From: Christensenellaceae bacterium
GTDB taxonomy: Bacteria > Bacillota > Clostridia > Christensenellales > Borkfalkiaceae
DNA length: 64,000 nt
Direction: 5' to 3'
Assembly (NCBI GenBank): GCA_045536835.1
Contig: JAZSOI010000028.1
Span: 3,172-67,171, forward strand
The translations under genes were made by a program, and so were the position numbers. This document shows positions 61,339 to 64,000 of this stretch, piece by piece. The notes beneath the pieces were generated by a model. It was not told the origin of the DNA, did not search any database, and was given only the letters and a program-made list of their open reading frames with translations. Within the stretch, counting starts at the first letter, position 1. Each line of letters begins with the position of its first letter.

Positions 61339-62142
61339 CTAAGGCTTTAGGTTGGTTAAACACTTTTCTTTGGATGGTGAGTAACCGAAAGTATTGACGT
61401 ATTGTTTATAAAATCCAACGTACGTTTCAAACCCGCATTGCGAATAAACGTCAACTGGTTTTTTACCGCGCTGAATAAGTTTTTGAGCGTGGAGTAGCCT
61501 TTTAGCGTTTATGTACTTTTTAGGCGTTATTTTAAGTTGTGTTTGGAAAATTCTATGAAGGTACTGTTCGGTAACGAAAAACTCGTCGCTAATTTCCTTT
61601 ATAGATTTAACGGTAAATAAATTATCGCTGATGTACTCTAAAACTTTGGTAAGCATAGGCGAGATTTCTAAGGGGATATTAAGTATCTCATCGGAAGATA
61701 AACTCAAGGCGTAGAAAAGTTCTTTAAGCAAACACTTTAAAACGTCACTAAAACCGTCTTCCGTGAGATTGTTGCTATAATAGTCCATCCTTCCAAAGAT
61801 TTCAGCAACTATTCCGCTTGGCGGGCAGTTTATAACTTCAATTTCGCTTGGAATTTTCATAATTATACTGTTTTCAACGATAGAGGAGTCGAATGAGACG
61901 TTAAATCTTTCGTATTCCGCGTTAGAATTGATTTCTATATAGTGATAAAGGTTTGGGCGAATAAACACGAGGTCGTTTTTCTTAAGGTGGTATTTCCTAT
62001 TTTCTATAACGTAACTCGCCTCTCCTTTTACGAAAAACAAAAACTCGTAGACGTTGTGAGAGTGGTTTTTAAAATCAGTATTCTTTTTAGGGTTTTGAAA
62101 AGAAACGTGATTGTAGGTTAATCTTTCACTTTCTAAAAACAT
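61339..62142 (-). CDS. AraC family transcriptional regulator (cupin N-terminal domain)
   Basis: C-terminal double HTH (ISDEFFVTEQYLHRIF...GFETYVGFYKQY). Confidence 0.85.
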   Translation of the reverse strand: MFLESERLTYNHVSFQNPKKNTDFKNHSHNVYEFLFFVKGEASYVIENRKYHLKKNDLVFIRPNLYHYIEINSNAEYERFNVSFDSSIVENSIIMKIPSEIEVINCPPSGIVAEIFGRMDYYSNNLTEDGFSDVLKCLLKELFYALSLSSDEILNIPLEISPMLTKVLEYISDNLFTVKSIKEISDEFFVTEQYLHRIFQTQLKITPKKYINAKRLLHAQKLIQRGKKPVDVYSQCGFETYVGFYKQYVNTFGYSPSKEKCLTNLKP

Positions 62143-62250
62143 ATCGTCACCTCAACTTGATTTTACCACAACGTTTATAAAATTACAATTAAAAAATAAC
62201 GATTTTCGTTTATTTTTGGAAATATAAATATATTTTTTATGGAGATTATT

Positions 62251-63324
62251 ATGAAAAAACTTAATGTTGCAATTATTGGTCAAGGCAGATCGGGAAGAAG
62301 TATTCACGGCGCGTACTATAATTCCGATAGAAACGTATACTTCAACGTAAAGTACGTTGTCGAATACGACGAGCGCAGACGTAATCTTGCTGAAACGTGG
62401 TATGAAGGCGCAAAAGGTTTAGCGCACTATACTGAACTTTTCGACAAAAAGGACGTTGATCTCGTAGTAAACGTATCTTATTCTGAAATGCACTACGAAA
62501 TCACTAAGGACCTTTTAGAGCACGGTTTTAACGTTATGGTAGACAAGCCGTTTGCTAAAACTCGTTACGAGTGCGATAATCTTATCAAAATTGCAAAGGA
62601 AATGGGCGTTTTACTTGCAGTTTTCCACAACTCTCAACCTGCGCCTGTTAACGTTCACGCAAGAAAACTTATTGACGACGGCGTTCTTGGCGATATCAAG
62701 CAAATTAGCCTTTCTTATAACGGATTTGCTCGCCGTTGGGACTGGCAAACCTTACAAAAAAAGGTTGGTGGTAGCGCGTATAACACCGGTCCGCACCCCA
62801 TCGCTATGGCGTTAGGATTTTTAGATTTCGATAAGAACACTCAAGTGGTGTACTCTAAACTCGACCTTGCCTTAACTAGTGGAGATGCTGAAGACTATGT
62901 TAAGATTTTACTTACCGCACCCAACAAACCGCTCATCGATATCGAAATCAATTCTACCGATGCGTTTAAAGAGAACAACCTTAAAATTCAAGGCTCTAAG
63001 GGAACTTACGTGAGCCCAAATCTTGGAAGTTATAAACTTAAATATATCGTTGACGGTGAAAATCCCGCTCAACCTGTTATTGAAGAATCTTTACAAGATG
63101 CCGAAGGCAATCCCTTATATTGCTCTGAAAAACTTATCACTCACGAAGAAGAAGGTACTTACGACGGTACTGCGTTTGACGTTGGTACTGCAGCGGTATA
63201 CGAAAGCGTTTACAACGCCTTAACTAAGGGCGATAGATTATTCGTTACCCCTGAAGAAGCAGCGATGGTTATAAGCGTTATCGAAACTGCTCACGCTCAA
63301 AACCCCCTCGAAGTTAAATACTAA
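62251..63324 (+). CDS. Gfo/Idh/MocA family oxidoreductase
   Basis: VAIIGQGRSG Rossmann motif. Start taken at ATG 62251 after GGAGA. Confidence 0.8.
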   Translation: MKKLNVAIIGQGRSGRSIHGAYYNSDRNVYFNVKYVVEYDERRRNLAETWYEGAKGLAHYTELFDKKDVDLVVNVSYSEMHYEITKDLLEHGFNVMVDKPFAKTRYECDNLIKIAKEMGVLLAVFHNSQPAPVNVHARKLIDDGVLGDIKQISLSYNGFARRWDWQTLQKKVGGSAYNTGPHPIAMALGFLDFDKNTQVVYSKLDLALTSGDAEDYVKILLTAPNKPLIDIEINSTDAFKENNLKIQGSKGTYVSPNLGSYKLKYIVDGENPAQPVIEESLQDAEGNPLYCSEKLITHEEEGTYDGTAFDVGTAAVYESVYNALTKGDRLFVTPEEAAMVISVIETAHAQNPLEVKY

Positions 63325-63327
63325 AAT

Positions 63328-63355
63328 AAAACTCCGCTGAAAAGCGGAGTTTTTT
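63328..63355. terminator. Bidirectional terminator
   Basis: AAAACTCCGC-TGAAAA-GCGGAGTTTTTT. Confidence 0.8.
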
Positions 63356-63357
63356 CG

Positions 63358-64000
63358 TTATTTATTAGTATCTGGAAGGGCAAAGTTTAAAATGCTTGGG
63401 CATATTTCAACGTTAAATTCTTTACCTAAGAACATCTCGCCGTCAACGCACAAGTCGAACTCTTTGTCAGAGTATACTTTAATTTTCTTTCCTTGGCGGT
63501 ATTTGAGTATCTTTTTAAACTTAGGGCTATCCAAATGTTCGCCACGCTCATATTTCTTAATTAAACGAAGGAAAGTAAATACCGAAACGGGTTTTACAAG
63601 GCAAACTTCAATAAGCCCGTCGTCGATTTTATATCTTGGTGCGCAGTTGTATTTTCCGCCGACGTAACCGCCGTTGGCAAACGTGCATAAAAGTAAATAC
63701 CCGTCGGTGTTAACGAGTTCGCCGTCAACTTCAACGGAAACTTTGTTTTTCATTGCGCTAAACAGCGCTTTTATCACGCCACGTAGATACGGGTTTCTTG
63801 ATTTGCCTCTAACCTCGTTAGCAACTTTGCACGCCTTTGCTTCAAAACCGACGTTTATTGCGTTAAGCGAATAAACTTCATCGTTAACTTTAATAAGGTC
63901 GATTTTTTTATTGTTTGCGTTAAAAAGTTTCTCTAAATCTAAAAACCTTTCTTTTCCGCCAACCGACTTTACGAAATCGTTACCGCTACCGCACGGAAAA
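63358..64000 (-). CDS. Diacylglycerol/lipid kinase (YegS/BmrU family), C-terminal part; 5' end outside the window
   Basis: The reverse frame stays open to base 64000 and reads ...FPCGSGNDFVKSVGG... (DAGK motif) upstream of the track ORF. Confidence 0.8.
   Translation of the reverse strand, partial: FPCGSGNDFVKSVGGKERFLDLEKLFNANNKKIDLIKVNDEVYSLNAINVGFEAKACKVANEVRGKSRNPYLRGVIKALFSAMKNKVSVEVDGELVNTDGYLLLCTFANGGYVGGKYNCAPRYKIDDGLIEVCLVKPVSVFTFLRLIKKYERGEHLDSPKFKKILKYRQGKKIKVYSDKEFDLCVDGEMFLGKEFNVEICPSILNFALPDTNK

Overview
This is a chromosomal, housekeeping-dense segment of a low-GC, spore-forming Firmicute, probably Clostridia-like (spmA/spmB, yabP/yabQ and a ytxC-like gene are present). I found no transposase, integrase, CRISPR array, rRNA or tRNA. 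Gene order: infB(3' part)-rbfA-nrnA-truB-ribF; membrane/lipid genes (TVP38, cls); pepP-efp; dgt-dnaG-sigA-trmK-NIF3-DUF164; spmBA; metG-tatD-rsmA; a Ca-type P-ATPase; ytxC-like gene, T-box, thrS; L20 leader, infC (ATT start)-rpmI-rplT; yebC; an HtrA-like lipoprotein protease; yabP-yabQ-divIC-ppx; gyrB-gyrA; two more P-type ATPases, one under an ArsR repressor; glk, dtd, class I lysS; and an amino-sugar cluster (nagB, nagA, two Gfo/Idh/MocA oxidoreductases, a TIM-barrel isomerase, AraC). The most unusual content is non-coding. (1) A ~130-nt element occurs twice in sense orientation, in the thrS leader after the T-box terminator and in the yebC 3' UTR, and the central hairpin differs between copies by compensatory base-pair changes. 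(2) Just upstream of the thrS ribosome-binding site, four unrelated hairpins are separated by the invariant linker ATATAAC. (3) An orphan antiterminator/terminator structure sits in the 498-nt gap before the protease gene. I could not assign any of these three to a known RNA or repeat family by eye. All need database and covariation checks that I cannot run here.
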